Source: Nitrosopumilus sp.
GTDB lineage: Archaea; Thermoproteota; Nitrososphaeria; Nitrososphaerales; Nitrosopumilaceae
Direction: 5' to 3'
DNA: 64,000 nucleotides
Assembly: GCA_965238275.1 (NCBI GenBank)
Contig: OZ250186.1
Location: 1,120,001-1,184,000 of the forward strand
Position numbers and translations under genes: made by a program
Shown here: piece by piece, positions 30,325-40,626 of the stretch
Numbering within the stretch: the first letter of the stretch is position 1
Layout: each line of letters begins with the position of its first letter
Notes under the pieces: generated by a model
What the model saw: only the letters and a program-made list of their open reading frames with translations
Told to the model about the DNA's origin: nothing
Database searches by the model: none

Positions 30325-32274
30325 ATGAAAGTATCTTCGGATGCAGACTTGCCCGCACCCATACGGGACATCGCAGCAACAGACGCAAAGAGACTGCGCG
30401 TCATGGCCGGCCCCGGCACGGGCAAGTCATGGGCGCTCAAGGAACGCGTGAAGCGGCTGGTCGGGGAAGGGCAGGATCCGTCCCGCATCTGGGCCGTCAC
30501 GTTCACCCGCAACGCCGCCAGGGAGCTTGCCGACGATCTTGACGACCCGGGAATCGCCGGCGGTGAGCTCATACGGGTCAGCACACTCCACTCATACTGC
30601 TTTGGCCTTTTGAGGGATCATGCGACCAGTATCGGCCGCATCCCCCGCATAGTCATGAGGGTTTCATCGTCCAATCCCTTGGGGTTTGAGAGTGGCATGC
30701 TGGTAAGTGATCTGATCAACGAGAGTCCGGAGTTTGGTGATGAAAAGGGATGCTCTGAACGCATAAAGAAGTTTGAGGCGGGCTGGGCGGAGATGGAATC
30801 AGACATGCTTGACGACCCGGTCAACCAGTCGCTTGAAAAGCGCCTGGGCGCATGGCTTGGTTTCCACGGGGCGATGCTCATGAATGAGCTCGTGCCGGAA
30901 TCCTTGCGGATTCTTCGCGGCGGCATGGTCCCCGGCGCGCTTGCCGATTTTGATCACGTGATAGTCGACGAGTACCAGGATCTGAACAAGGCAGATCAGG
31001 AGATTACCAATCTCGTATCCGGGAACGGATCCCTGACGATAGTGGGCGACGGCAACCAGTCAATCTACGGCTTCCGTCACGCGCATCCGAAAGGGATAGA
31101 GGATTTTCAAAACAGGTATCATGACGCGTGCGACGTGTCGCTTGCGGAATGTCAAAGGAGCCCGGTCCGGGTCGTGGAGATGGCCAACAACCTGATTGCC
31201 CTCAATCACCCGTCCGGCACGCCGCCCGGCTTGCGGCCCAAGCCTGGCAATCCTGACGGGGAAGTGCACGTAGTCCGCTGGGGTACCATGGATGAAGAGG
31301 CAGAGGGCATAGCCAAATACGTAAGGCACCTGACGAATGATTGCTCCTACAAGCCGGAAGATATACTGATCATGGTCCCGCGCAAAATATTGGGCCACAA
31401 GATACATGACGCGGTAAGCGACCAGGGCGTCTCCGTGCACAACTTTGATCAGGACGTGCTGGCAAAAGACGTGGCGCAGCGTGCATTCGCGCTGCTCACG
31501 TTGTTGGGCAACGGCGAAGACAGGGTGATGCTCAGGTGGTGGCTGGGGCATGATGATCCCGGACGACTCAGCGGCCCATACCGAAAGCTTCGCGAATACT
31601 GTGAAGCCAGCGGCGTGTCGCCACGATCCGTGCTTGAGGACATGATGCATGGCCGAACGGACTTGCCCGACGCGTCGCCCCTGCTGGCGCCGTTTGGGAA
31701 TCTGGTTGGGGAGACTGACCGGTTGTCCAAACTGAGCCTGCGTGGCTTGGTCGACGACTTGTTGCCAGAAGACAATGGGAACTGTGCGGTTTTGAGGAAG
31801 ATTGCAGAACGCGCGCTTGCAAACAGCGAAAATATCCAACAAATGTACGAACGCGTACTGGAAGACATCATCCAACCCGAAGATCCAAGCGGCGATTCCG
31901 TGCACGTGATGACCATGCATAAAACCAAGGGACTGTCCAGCAAGGTCGTAATCGTGGCCGGCTGCTGTGACGGGCTGGTTCCTTTCAGAGACAACAGACT
32001 TGCTGACGATGAACGCAGTGCCGCAATGCGCGAATCCCGCAGGCTGTTCTATGTTGCAATCACCCGATGTAAGGAGATTCTAATGCTTTCTTACTTTGCC
32101 GCCCTCAGTCCATCCGAATACTCCAATATGCGCATTCCGCGCAGTGGGCAGGATCAAGGCAAGCAACTGTACTATACCAGACCAAGCCCGTTCATAGGCG
32201 AACTGGGTTCGGGTGTTTCTTCTGCAACGGACGGGATCGCGTGGCAGGCCGCCAAATATGTTGAACAGTCTTGA
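30325..32274 (+). CDS. UvrD/Rep-like SF1 DNA helicase (no nuclease domain)
   Basis: AGPGTGKS, TFTRNAA, VDEYQD, VGDGNQSIYGFR, TMHKTKGL, FYVAITR. Confidence 0.92.
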   Translation: MKVSSDADLPAPIRDIAATDAKRLRVMAGPGTGKSWALKERVKRLVGEGQDPSRIWAVTFTRNAARELADDLDDPGIAGGELIRVSTLHSYCFGLLRDHATSIGRIPRIVMRVSSSNPLGFESGMLVSDLINESPEFGDEKGCSERIKKFEAGWAEMESDMLDDPVNQSLEKRLGAWLGFHGAMLMNELVPESLRILRGGMVPGALADFDHVIVDEYQDLNKADQEITNLVSGNGSLTIVGDGNQSIYGFRHAHPKGIEDFQNRYHDACDVSLAECQRSPVRVVEMANNLIALNHPSGTPPGLRPKPGNPDGEVHVVRWGTMDEEAEGIAKYVRHLTNDCSYKPEDILIMVPRKILGHKIHDAVSDQGVSVHNFDQDVLAKDVAQRAFALLTLLGNGEDRVMLRWWLGHDDPGRLSGPYRKLREYCEASGVSPRSVLEDMMHGRTDLPDASPLLAPFGNLVGETDRLSKLSLRGLVDDLLPEDNGNCAVLRKIAERALANSENIQQMYERVLEDIIQPEDPSGDSVHVMTMHKTKGLSSKVVIVAGCCDGLVPFRDNRLADDERSAAMRESRRLFYVAITRCKEILMLSYFAALSPSEYSNMRIPRSGQDQGKQLYYTRPSPFIGELGSGVSSATDGIAWQAAKYVEQS

Positions 32275-32440
32275 TGTTCTAATCAGAACCCATGCTCAAT
32301 CCACCCATTTTACCGGCTTCCATAAAAAACTGGGAAAATATGGTTTAAATCTCACCATGTCGGGCATGTGGCGAATCTGTCCGCCTAGGAACCCAAAAAT
32401 GGCATGCGCAGTCCTGCAGCACTTCATCATGCCCTGAAAA

Positions 32441-32692
32441 TCCTACTTGGCAGGCTTCTGGGAGCAGGTCCTGTCCCAGTCTATCTGCATCTTCCACTGG
32501 TCAGGTGGCGGCGGGCCCTTTTGCATGCAGTCCCACAAGGTCCAGGTTCACCAGCCCGGTGATCACGTTGAACTCCCGGTTGAACTGCGCCGCGGTTCCG
32601 TCGTACGGGTCGGCAAGACGCGCGTAGCGCTTGAGACTACACATGGCGTGTTCTGCTAGCACCCGGGCGGAGTTGATCCCGCCGTTGTGCCT
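32441..32692 (-). pseudogene. Remnant of an IS5-family (ISL2-like) transposase 3' end
   Basis: Translates INSARVLAEHAMCSLKRYARLADPYDGTAAQFNREFNVITGLVNLDL, homologous to the C-terminus of 55651..56856; frameshifted. Confidence 0.75.
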
Positions 32693-32810
32693 AGGTCAGA
32701 TTCCTCAGACCGGCATGGCAAAATCAGTGCCTGCGCATCGCAAGTCTGACCGGATTTCAATCCAAAGATTATATGTGGTTTTTACAAGTTGGTAAGGCGG
32801 CCAACCTAAA

Positions 32811-33569
32811 TTGAGAATCAAGACTATTAGAAACATTTCTGATGACTATCAGATTTCGTTATCCACAGATTGTACAAAGAACATTAATTTTATAGTGGGT
32901 AGACCGGCAACCGGCAAAACCACCTTGTTTAATAAAATCCGGTCATGTCTTTCAGGCTCGGAAAAAAACGGCGGCATTGAGTTAGAATTAACTGAAAAAG
33001 GAGATCACGAGACCGATTATATTTTTGTAGACAGTCATGCACGTATTGACGAACTTTTAAAACATTTGAATGGGCTGGGGCTTGCAGACAATATTTTGGT
33101 GGATATAATTAAACGAACCGAACGGATGCTGCTAAAAATTCACGGTGTGTTTGACTATAGAAAATGTTTGTTAAAACTGGAAAAAGGCAAAGCCGTCATG
33201 CCAACCCCCCTCGCGCATGCCCCAAGTCGTATTCTCTATTTTGCGGTGCTTATTGCACTCAGGGAGCAGAGGGGAGTTGAACTGCCGTTGATAGCTGATT
33301 GTCCCCTCCGTAGCCAATACCTTATGTTTAGCAAGCGTCTTGTTCAAATGATTGCAGACAATACTGCTCAGGCCTTGTTTTTTGAATTGCCTTATGGCGT
33401 CACCGGCACTACCAGGGACAATTGGTGGGATGACGATGCCCCGGATGTTTCGTTATGTGACGATATGAAAAACAACGGCACGCTAGGCTCATTATATGTG
33501 TTGAATGGGGATCAAAGTAAGGGGCCGCGTTCACGCCTGAATCAGTTTTCTGCAACCCGGATGATCTGA
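32811..33569 (+). CDS. Degenerate ABC/SMC-type ATPase head (DndD/SbcC-like, no coiled coil)
   Basis: Walker A GRPATGKTT; Walker B-like LPLIADCP; AT-rich DNA. Confidence 0.55.
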   Translation: MRIKTIRNISDDYQISLSTDCTKNINFIVGRPATGKTTLFNKIRSCLSGSEKNGGIELELTEKGDHETDYIFVDSHARIDELLKHLNGLGLADNILVDIIKRTERMLLKIHGVFDYRKCLLKLEKGKAVMPTPLAHAPSRILYFAVLIALREQRGVELPLIADCPLRSQYLMFSKRLVQMIADNTAQALFFELPYGVTGTTRDNWWDDDAPDVSLCDDMKNNGTLGSLYVLNGDQSKGPRSRLNQFSATRMI

Positions 33570-33696
33570 ATCGTGACCGGTTCGGGGCTTGCCGGCATGT
33601 CGGATCAAGACGCGACCGGACCAGACATTGGCTCTGATCTGTTTGCCTGATCTGATCGCTGGGGCGGGCCAGAACCCGAGCGCCACAATCGCCCGT

Positions 33697-33891
33697 CTAG
33701 ATCTTTTGCCTTCCCCATTCGTGGCCGCAGGAATTGCATTCCCAACGACGCGGGTCGGGGGGAATGCAGCACCCACCCAAGACTACCTTGCCAGAATCCA
33801 CGTCCTTCTCCCAATCCCAACTGGGACTGGGATACCCATAGACTATCTTCGCCACCTTGGCACTCCCGCACTCTGGACATTTCCTGGTCAA
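33697..33891 (-). CDS. Small CPxCG zinc-finger protein, family Z copy 2
   Basis: Paralog of 20962..21156, including ~35 bp of similar upstream DNA; GTG start. Confidence 0.75.
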   Translation of the reverse strand: MTRKCPECGSAKVAKIVYGYPSPSWDWEKDVDSGKVVLGGCCIPPDPRRWECNSCGHEWGRQKI

Positions 33892-34380
33892 CCATGTATG
33901 TCCCGCGTGCTTGGCAATAAGTCATCCTGATTGGGGATGGCTCATGGTTGGAAAGCCCACCGTGTGGTTCTCGGGTGCGCCGCCGGGCTTGCCAACCCCT
34001 TATACGATGAGCAGCACTACATCACATGGCAGACTGTACACACGCAAACATGGAATGGTGCAGATCATCAGTGGGACCTCTGGGCACGATAACCATCTAC
34101 GAGTGCCGTGGTTGCGGCAAGGAAATCAAGAAACTTGAAGACTGATCCGTCTTCCGGCGCCAACGCAAAACTCATTTACCATTCAGGCGCGTCATGCCAT
34201 TGTGGACTGTGAAGAACTGTTGCGCACTGCCACCTACATGTATGGCGTGGCAAAAAAAGAGACGGCCGCCGGCAGGCTGGAGAATGCCAAATTGGCCAAG
34301 AATGTCGGCCTGAGATTCGAGTGCATGTTTTACGGGTTCTATACCATGGAGTACGCGCACGGAATAAAGACGTGTGAGGA

Positions 34381-34563
34381 CTAGCTGCGGCCAAGCTTGC
34401 GGCGCATTTTGATTATCTCGGTCTCCGTGGATTTGGCCTGCAGTTCCGCCATGTCCGCCGCTTTTTCCATCCCGGGGATCTTGCGCAATCTGGCAACCTC
34501 TTCGTTGAGCCGGGCAAATTGCCGTTCCAGTTCTGCCAAGTCCCGCCTGTCTTCTTCGGACAT
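34381..34563 (-). CDS. Small coiled-coil protein
   Basis: MSEEDRRDLAELERQFARLNEEVARLRK... 60 aa. Confidence 0.55.
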   Translation of the reverse strand: MSEEDRRDLAELERQFARLNEEVARLRKIPGMEKAADMAELQAKSTETEIIKMRRKLGRS

Positions 34564-34613
34564 TGGATGCAGTGTATGTTCAGCGTAAAAGGGGCCCAAC
34601 CCGGCCGTCTGGA

Positions 34614-34698
34614 TGGGAAGGGCGGGATTTGAACCCACGAACTCCTGGGAGAGGGGATCTTAAGTCCCCCGCGTTTGGCCAGGCTGCGCTACCTTCCC
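34614..34698 (-). tRNA. tRNA-Leu (anticodon TAA), CCA not encoded
   Basis: Acceptor stem GGGAAGG/CCTTCCC, anticodon arm GGGGA-CTTAAGA-TCCCC, long variable arm, GGTTCAAATCC T-arm. Confidence 0.96.
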
Positions 34699-34718
34699 AT
34701 ACGGTGACTGTTTGCCAG

Positions 34719-34726
34719 ATATAAGA
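34719..34726 (-). promoter_or_regulatory. Putative TATA box of tRNA-Leu
   Basis: TCTTATAT on the minus strand 21-28 nt upstream of the mature 5' end. Confidence 0.45.
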
Positions 34727-34737
34727 GGAATCCTGGA

Positions 34738-35082
34738 TTATTGGAATGATCTTAGTTCCGGCCCCATGCACCTGCGAACCCACGTCGTGCCATACTGGGT
34801 AATCTGGTACTGCCTGACCGATACCGTGCCGTTATCGACCATCCCTGACTCTACCAATCCGTATCTTCCGAGTATTGACAGCCTCATTAGGGCTTCGGGT
34901 CTAGTCGCACCTACGGATTCTGTCGGAACCGCGTCTGCCGAAATCGGGCACTGTTTGGCTTCCATGTATGCCAGTATCCTGCGCGTTGCCTTGTCGGCTA
35001 GGATGCCGCAAAAATACAGGACCGCGTTCCTTTGTTTTTGCGACATTCGTTCAAGCAAGGCCGGCGCGTTAATCGTTGACAT
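34738..35082 (-). CDS. Winged HTH protein (ArsR-like)
   Basis: ILADKATRRILAYM...EALMRLSILGRYGLVES...YQITQYG. Confidence 0.65.
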   Translation of the reverse strand: MSTINAPALLERMSQKQRNAVLYFCGILADKATRRILAYMEAKQCPISADAVPTESVGATRPEALMRLSILGRYGLVESGMVDNGTVSVRQYQITQYGTTWVRRCMGPELRSFQ

Positions 35083-35371
35083 TGCCTAGATGCATTGGCC
35101 TGCTTAAAAGCCCCTGGAACAATGCCAGTCCTGGTTCATGGCACTGGCTGCTGCCTGTCCGGCCTGCACTTCCCGCACGGCATGGAATCAGGGTATGCCA
35201 GCCTCGCCTTCTCGTAGGCGTCGTAATGCCAATACTGTTGTTTTTTGAGTGGCCGCTTGCCCGCGCCGAGCCTTGCAGAGATGACATACGCGCACCAGCA
35301 CGCCGGACGGTGGATCCTCGTTTTCTTTTCTGTTGGTCCGTAGCGCCTGTTCACCACTATGACGCCGTCTT

Positions 35372-37566
35372 GTAAGAGGTCGCCTTTGCGAAGCGATTTC
35401 GTGCCTGATCTGCCCCGATTAATTACCAACTGAGCTACGTTTTCGGCCATAAATGCCCATTTAATTGGCATTATTCAGGGTTTTTTCCGGGCGGGGATGA
35501 GGCTCGGCTGAGCTGCATTTTGGCCGATCCGGTGATCGGACTTGCGAAGTGGGCCTTTTTTGGTGCTGTCGGGCGTGGTGCGTTGTGCCCGAATCGGGTG
35601 GCGGGCCGGCACGGCGGCCTGACATGTGTCAGGCAACCGGTGCTGTGGGGGTCGCGCAGGACATGCAGGGCAGCCATGGATGGATTTTGCAGGATTTATA
35701 CCGTTGCTGCCGCTGCTGCTGCTGCTGCCGGTATTTTTTCGACCATGCCTCGCATGTAGTCGACCAAAAAGTCGTGCGGGTTGACGCCGCGCATCCTACA
35801 CGTCTCGCGGATGCTGGCCAGGACGGCGTGGTTGTATGCGCCGGCAAGGCTCTTGCTGCCGCCTGAGACCTTCCGGGATGCGACGCTGGGCCGCAGGGGG
35901 CGCTCGGCATCGTTGTTATGGCACTTTGTGCTGAGGCGGATGAATGGGAACAGGTGGGTGATCTCGCGCCGCAGCCGCTTGACAAACCGCTTGCAGTGGG
36001 GTTCGGTGTAGCTGCCAGACATCAGGCGCCTCACCCGGGCCAGGAGGTTGCGCACCTTGAGGTTTCGCGCGGCCGCATCGTCGTTCGGGTTGAGTCCCTT
36101 CTCTGCGTGCCAGGAATCGATGATTATCCCCTTTAGGGCCTTGGCAAACTTTTTGAATTCTGGCCCCGGGTTTTTCATGGTCAGGGTGCGGATGATCTCG
36201 CGGAGGTAGTGGTAGTGGCACTTTTGGTGGGTCCTGCCGATGCGGTTCCACGCGGAGTGTGAATCAGAGGTGACGTGGCCTGCGTACCCTCCAAGCAGGG
36301 TCTCCAGCACGTCTCCTCCCCGGCGCTTGTCCACGTAAAAGACAGTCGAGCTGTCACCGACTAGTATCCACAGCCAGTACAGCACACCGGCTACCCTCCA
36401 GCTGGTCTCGTCCCCGAAGACATGCTCTGAGAAGAATATCTCCTCGAGCATCTCCTCGTAGAGCGGGTGGAGGGATCCTGTCACGGCATCCACGTGGCCG
36501 ATGACAGTCGACTTTGCAAGGTCCGTGTGGTAGATTATGTTGATCAGCTTGCGGATGGGTTCGTAGGGAATGTTGTACATCCTCATCGTCGTCTCAAGGC
36601 ACGTCAGGCTGGCGCCGAACCGTCCACCGGGGACGACCCCTGGGATCTCGGGGGCAAACTGCCTGCCGCATTCCCTGCAGTACCTGCGGACGACGGTATA
36701 CTGGATGCCGGTCAGCTTCCCGTCGATAATCTCCTCGACTACCCGGATGGTCACCTCGGTGGGCTCCTTCGAGAGGGCATGGCCGTGCGGGCAGGCGGGC
36801 ATGTCGACTAGCTTTTTTTCGGATATCGGGGGAGGATCACGGCCGGTGCGCAGGCAGACGACCTTCCTGAACGGGTCTGGTGCAGGCCCGGGTGATTCCC
36901 GGAGCCGCTTCTGGGAGCGGCGGCTTTTGATGCCCAGATTCTCGGCTGCCAGCGCCGAGTTGGCCGCGCGCGCCTCCCTTAACTGAGAGGCATGCTCTGA
37001 TGCCTGCCGTTCCAGGCGGGCTATCCTGTCCATGACTGCCTGCGAGACGTCGCATCCCTGCAGGAGGGCGGCATTCTCTGCCCTCAGTTTCTCTATCTCG
37101 GAGTCCTTTTGCACATTCTCTTCTTCCAGCAGTTTGATCCTGGCATCCATCTCCGTCAGCATCGCGTGTTCCCCTGAGAAGGCCTCTGCCTCCTCCTTCA
37201 GCTGCTCGATGTCTTTTCTCAGTGCCATGCTCTCCTCGTCCTTGGATTTGAGCATGTCCAAGACAGATTCGAAGAGGGACTTGGTGTCGGTTACGGAGTT
37301 CCAGTCAATCTTTTCCAAGTCGATTACAGGCACCACGCCATAACACGGGAAGGCATGATCCATAAAGCTTTTGGGCACGCAGCGCCTGCCGGAAAATGCG
37401 GCGCAAAAGATCCAACCGGAAGAGCCTTGATCCGAAAACCGCCCTGCCTGAGGACCGTGTTGATAACGTGCAATTAATCGGGTATTTATGGTCAAAAACG
37501 TAGCTCAGTTGGTAATTAATCGGAACAGATCAGGCACGGAATCGCTTCGCAAAGGCGACCTCTTAC
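35372..37566 (-). mobile_element. IS66-family element, long-TIR type, copy B (near-identical to A, inverted)
   Basis: Same TIRs; 8 bp TSD GCCGTCTT (35364-35371 / 37567-37574). Confidence 0.96.
35696..37363 (-). CDS. tnpC: IS66 family transposase
   Basis: Near-identical to 26272..27957; one heptad shorter and one Ala longer. Confidence 0.92.
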   Translation of the reverse strand: MDHAFPCYGVVPVIDLEKIDWNSVTDTKSLFESVLDMLKSKDEESMALRKDIEQLKEEAEAFSGEHAMLTEMDARIKLLEEENVQKDSEIEKLRAENAALLQGCDVSQAVMDRIARLERQASEHASQLREARAANSALAAENLGIKSRRSQKRLRESPGPAPDPFRKVVCLRTGRDPPPISEKKLVDMPACPHGHALSKEPTEVTIRVVEEIIDGKLTGIQYTVVRRYCRECGRQFAPEIPGVVPGGRFGASLTCLETTMRMYNIPYEPIRKLINIIYHTDLAKSTVIGHVDAVTGSLHPLYEEMLEEIFFSEHVFGDETSWRVAGVLYWLWILVGDSSTVFYVDKRRGGDVLETLLGGYAGHVTSDSHSAWNRIGRTHQKCHYHYLREIIRTLTMKNPGPEFKKFAKALKGIIIDSWHAEKGLNPNDDAAARNLKVRNLLARVRRLMSGSYTEPHCKRFVKRLRREITHLFPFIRLSTKCHNNDAERPLRPSVASRKVSGGSKSLAGAYNHAVLASIRETCRMRGVNPHDFLVDYMRGMVEKIPAAAAAAAATV

Positions 37567-38349
37567 GCCGTCTTGTTGTTCCAGTGTTTTCTTGAAGGCA
37601 CTAGGCGTGGAGAGTCGCTTCCTCATGGGGTTGTTTCCGGTCAAATTGCTATAATATGGTTGACAAGGCGTGCCTATACGCACTAACGGCATTTTGGCAA
37701 CTCGGGATCATGTCGTGTCCCAATGATGAGCAAGCAAGTTCACAGATAACACCTATACGTGAGCAGACGGAGAAAATTATTCATGGAATTGAACTTTGAA
37801 GGAAAGTCTAGGATATATGCCCACCACGAGACCGTCCCGATCAGCCCACTAGTTCCCGACAAATCAAAGTCATTGAATCCAGTAGATGATGACAACCTGA
37901 TAATACACGGGGACAGCCTACACGCGCTAAAGGCACTGTTACCGCGTTATGCTGGACGCGTCAACTGCATTTACATAGATCCGCCGTACAACACCGGCAA
38001 CGGGGGCTGGACGTACAACGACAACGTTGACAGCCAGCTGATGCGGAGGTGGTTGGAAGATGCTAAGGAAGTTGATGGAGAGGATCTTGAACAACACGAT
38101 AAATGGGCGTGCATGATGTGGCCGCGGCTTCAATTACTAAAAAATCTGTAAGAGGTCGCCTTTACGAAGCGATTCCGTGCCTGATTTGCCCCGATTAATT
38201 ACCAACTGAGCTACGTTTTCGACCATAAATACCCGATTAATTACACGTTATCAGCGTGGTCCGCAGGCAGGACAGTTTTCAAATCAAGGCTCACCTGCCG
38301 GATCTTTTGTGCCGCATTTCTCGGCAGACGCTACGTGTCCAAAAGCTTT

Positions 38350-40224
38350 ATGGATCATGCCTTCCAGTGTTGTGGCATGGTGCCTGTAATCGACTTGGAA
38401 AAGATTGACTGGAACTCCGTAACCGACACAAAGTCCATCTTCGAATCAGTCCTTGCCATGCTCAAATCCCGGGACGAGGAGAGCGTGGCGTTGAGGAAAA
38501 ACATCGAGCAGTTGAGGGAGGAGGCAGAGGCCTTCTCAGGGGAACGCGCGATGCTGACGGAGATGGATACCAGGATCAAACTGTTGGAAGAAGAGAACGT
38601 GCAAAAGGACTCCGAGATAGAACAAAAGGACTCCGAGATAGAACAAAAGGACTCCGAGATAGAACAAAAGGACTCCGAGATAGAACAAAAGGACTCCGAG
38701 ATAGAACAAAAGGACTCCGAGATAGAACAAAAGGACTCCGAGATAGAACAAAAGGACTCCGAGATAGAACAAAAGGACTCCGAGATAGAGAATCTGGGAA
38801 CAGATGTGGAGAATTTGAGTGCAGAAGTAGAGAAGCTGAGGGCAGAAAACGCCGCCCTCCTGCAGGGATGCGACGTCTCGCAGGCAGTCATGGACAGGAT
38901 AGCCCGCCTGGAACGGCAGGCAGCCGAGCATGCCTCGCAGCTAAGGGAGGCGCGCGCGGCCAACTCGGCGCTGGCAGCCGAGAACCTGGACATCAAGTGC
39001 CGCCGCTCCAAGAGGCGGCTCCGGGAGTCGCCCGGGCCTGCGCCGGACCCGTTCAGGAAGGTCGTCTGCCTGCGCACCGGCCGGAACCCTCCCCCGATAT
39101 CTGAAAAGAGGTTAGTCGACCTGCACTCCTGCCCGCACGGCCACGCCCTCTCGACGGGGCCCACCGAGGTGACCTTCCGGGTAGTCGAGGAGATCATCGA
39201 CGGGAAACTGACTGCCATCCAATATACAGTCGTCCGCAGGTACTGCAGGGAATGCGGCAGGCAGTTTGTCCCCGAGATCCCAGGGGTCGTCCCAGGGGGG
39301 CGGTTCGGTGCCAGCCTGACGTGCCTGGAGACTACCATGAGGATGTACGGCATCCCCTACGGCATCATCTGCAGTCTGATCAACATAATCCACCACGCAG
39401 GCCTTGCCAAGTCGACAGTCATCAGCCACGTGGACGCCGTTACGGGATCCCTCCACCCGCTCTACGAGGAGATGCTCGGGGAGATATTCTTCTCAGAGCA
39501 TGTCTTTGGCGACGAGACGAGCTGGAAGATAGCCGGGATACTGTACTGGCTGTGGGTGCTGGTAGGTGACGACTCGACTGTCTTTCACGTGGACAAGAGC
39601 CGGGGAGGCGACGTCTTGGTGTCGCTGCTTGGAGGGTACGGCGGCCACGTCACCTCCGACTCCCACGCCCCGTGGAACCGCATCGGCAAGACCCACCAAA
39701 AGTGCCACTACCACTACCTCCGCGAGATCCTCCGCACCCTGACCATGAAATCCCCCGGACCCGAATTCAAAAAGTTTGCCAAGGCCCTGAAGGGGATAAT
39801 CATCGATTCATGGTACCCGGACAAGGGGCTTGACCCGGACGACGACAAGGCCGCGCGAAACCTCAAGGTGCGCAACCTCCAGGCCCGGGTGAGGCGCCTG
39901 ATCTCGGGCAGCTACACAGACGCCCACTGCAAGAGGTTTGTCAAGAGGCTGCGGCGCGAGATCACCCACCTGTTCCCATTCATCCGCCTCAACACAAAGT
40001 GCCATAACAACGATGCCGAGCGTCCCCTGCGGCCCAGCGTCGCATCCCGGAAGGTCTCGGGCGGCAGCAAGAGCCTTGCCGGCGCATACAACCACGCCGT
40101 CCTGGCCACCGTCCGCGAGACGTGCAGGAGGCGCGGAGTCAACCCGCACGACTTTTTGGTCGACTATATGCACGGCCTCGTCGAAAAAATTCCGGCAGGA
40201 GCGGCGGCGGCGGCAACCGCATAA
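38350..40224 (+). CDS. tnpC: IS66 family transposase with expanded coiled coil
   Basis: Same motifs as copies A and B; nine QKDSEIE units. Confidence 0.92.
   Translation: MDHAFQCCGMVPVIDLEKIDWNSVTDTKSIFESVLAMLKSRDEESVALRKNIEQLREEAEAFSGERAMLTEMDTRIKLLEEENVQKDSEIEQKDSEIEQKDSEIEQKDSEIEQKDSEIEQKDSEIEQKDSEIEQKDSEIEQKDSEIENLGTDVENLSAEVEKLRAENAALLQGCDVSQAVMDRIARLERQAAEHASQLREARAANSALAAENLDIKCRRSKRRLRESPGPAPDPFRKVVCLRTGRNPPPISEKRLVDLHSCPHGHALSTGPTEVTFRVVEEIIDGKLTAIQYTVVRRYCRECGRQFVPEIPGVVPGGRFGASLTCLETTMRMYGIPYGIICSLINIIHHAGLAKSTVISHVDAVTGSLHPLYEEMLGEIFFSEHVFGDETSWKIAGILYWLWVLVGDDSTVFHVDKSRGGDVLVSLLGGYGGHVTSDSHAPWNRIGKTHQKCHYHYLREILRTLTMKSPGPEFKKFAKALKGIIIDSWYPDKGLDPDDDKAARNLKVRNLQARVRRLISGSYTDAHCKRFVKRLRREITHLFPFIRLNTKCHNNDAERPLRPSVASRKVSGGSKSLAGAYNHAVLATVRETCRRRGVNPHDFLVDYMHGLVEKIPAGAAAAATA
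38602..38790 (+). repeat. 21 bp coding tandem repeat x9 (QKDSEIE)
   Basis: CAAAAGGACTCCGAGATAGAA x9 = 189 bp (last unit ends GAG). Confidence 0.96.
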
Positions 40225-40626
40225 ATCCTGCAAAATCCACTCCCTGACTGCCCCATGCAGACCCGTCGCGCCGGCAGCCTGGCATAACCTCGCCTGATCC
40301 CGGCACAACTCACCGCCCCGGCCGCTTCAAAAAAGGTCACTTCGCAAACCCGATCACCGGATCGGCCAAAACGTAGCTCAGCCGGACCCTCCTTCCCGCC
40401 CGGAAAAACCCAGAATAATGCCAATTAAATGGGCATTTACTGCCGAAAACGTAGCTCGGTTGGTAATTAATCGGGGCAAATCAGGCACGGAATCGCTTCG
40501 CAAAGGCGACCTCTTACAAAAATCTGTTGAGTGATAGCGGCGTCATATTTATCTCCATTGATGATAATGAGCAACATCACTTACGTATGATGATGGATGA
40601 AATCTTTGGCAAAAATAACTTTGTAG

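Larger units (their letters stand above)
35136..37626 (-). pseudogene. Small His/Cys metal-binding protein interrupted by IS66 copy B; related to 48470..48904
   Basis: Restored sequence MRKRLSTPSAFKKTLEQQDG|VIVVNRR...RIHRPAC...YWHYDAYEKA...PCGKCRP. Confidence 0.7.
38148..40517 (+). mobile_element. IS66-family element, long-TIR type, copy C (diverged isoform)
   Basis: TIR GTAAGAGGTCGCC...; 8 bp TSD AAAAATCT (38140-38147 / 40518-40525). Confidence 0.96.

Noticed and set aside
32811-33569. Dnd phosphorothioation system
   Set aside because: Only a degenerate ATPase head is present; no dndB, dndC or dndE homologs are recognisable
34614-34660. tRNA-Leu 3' end as the att site of an integrated element
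   Set aside because: No duplicate of the 3' end and no integrase found in the window by eye
26069-37566. IS66 copies A and B as a composite transposon that inserted as one unit
   Set aside because: Each copy has its own distinct TSD, and the outer flanks do not match each other
38602-38790. Tandem arrays (also 1433-1546 and 7174-7292) as CRISPR arrays
   Set aside because: They are head-to-tail repeats without spacers, in frame inside proteins, and no cas genes are present
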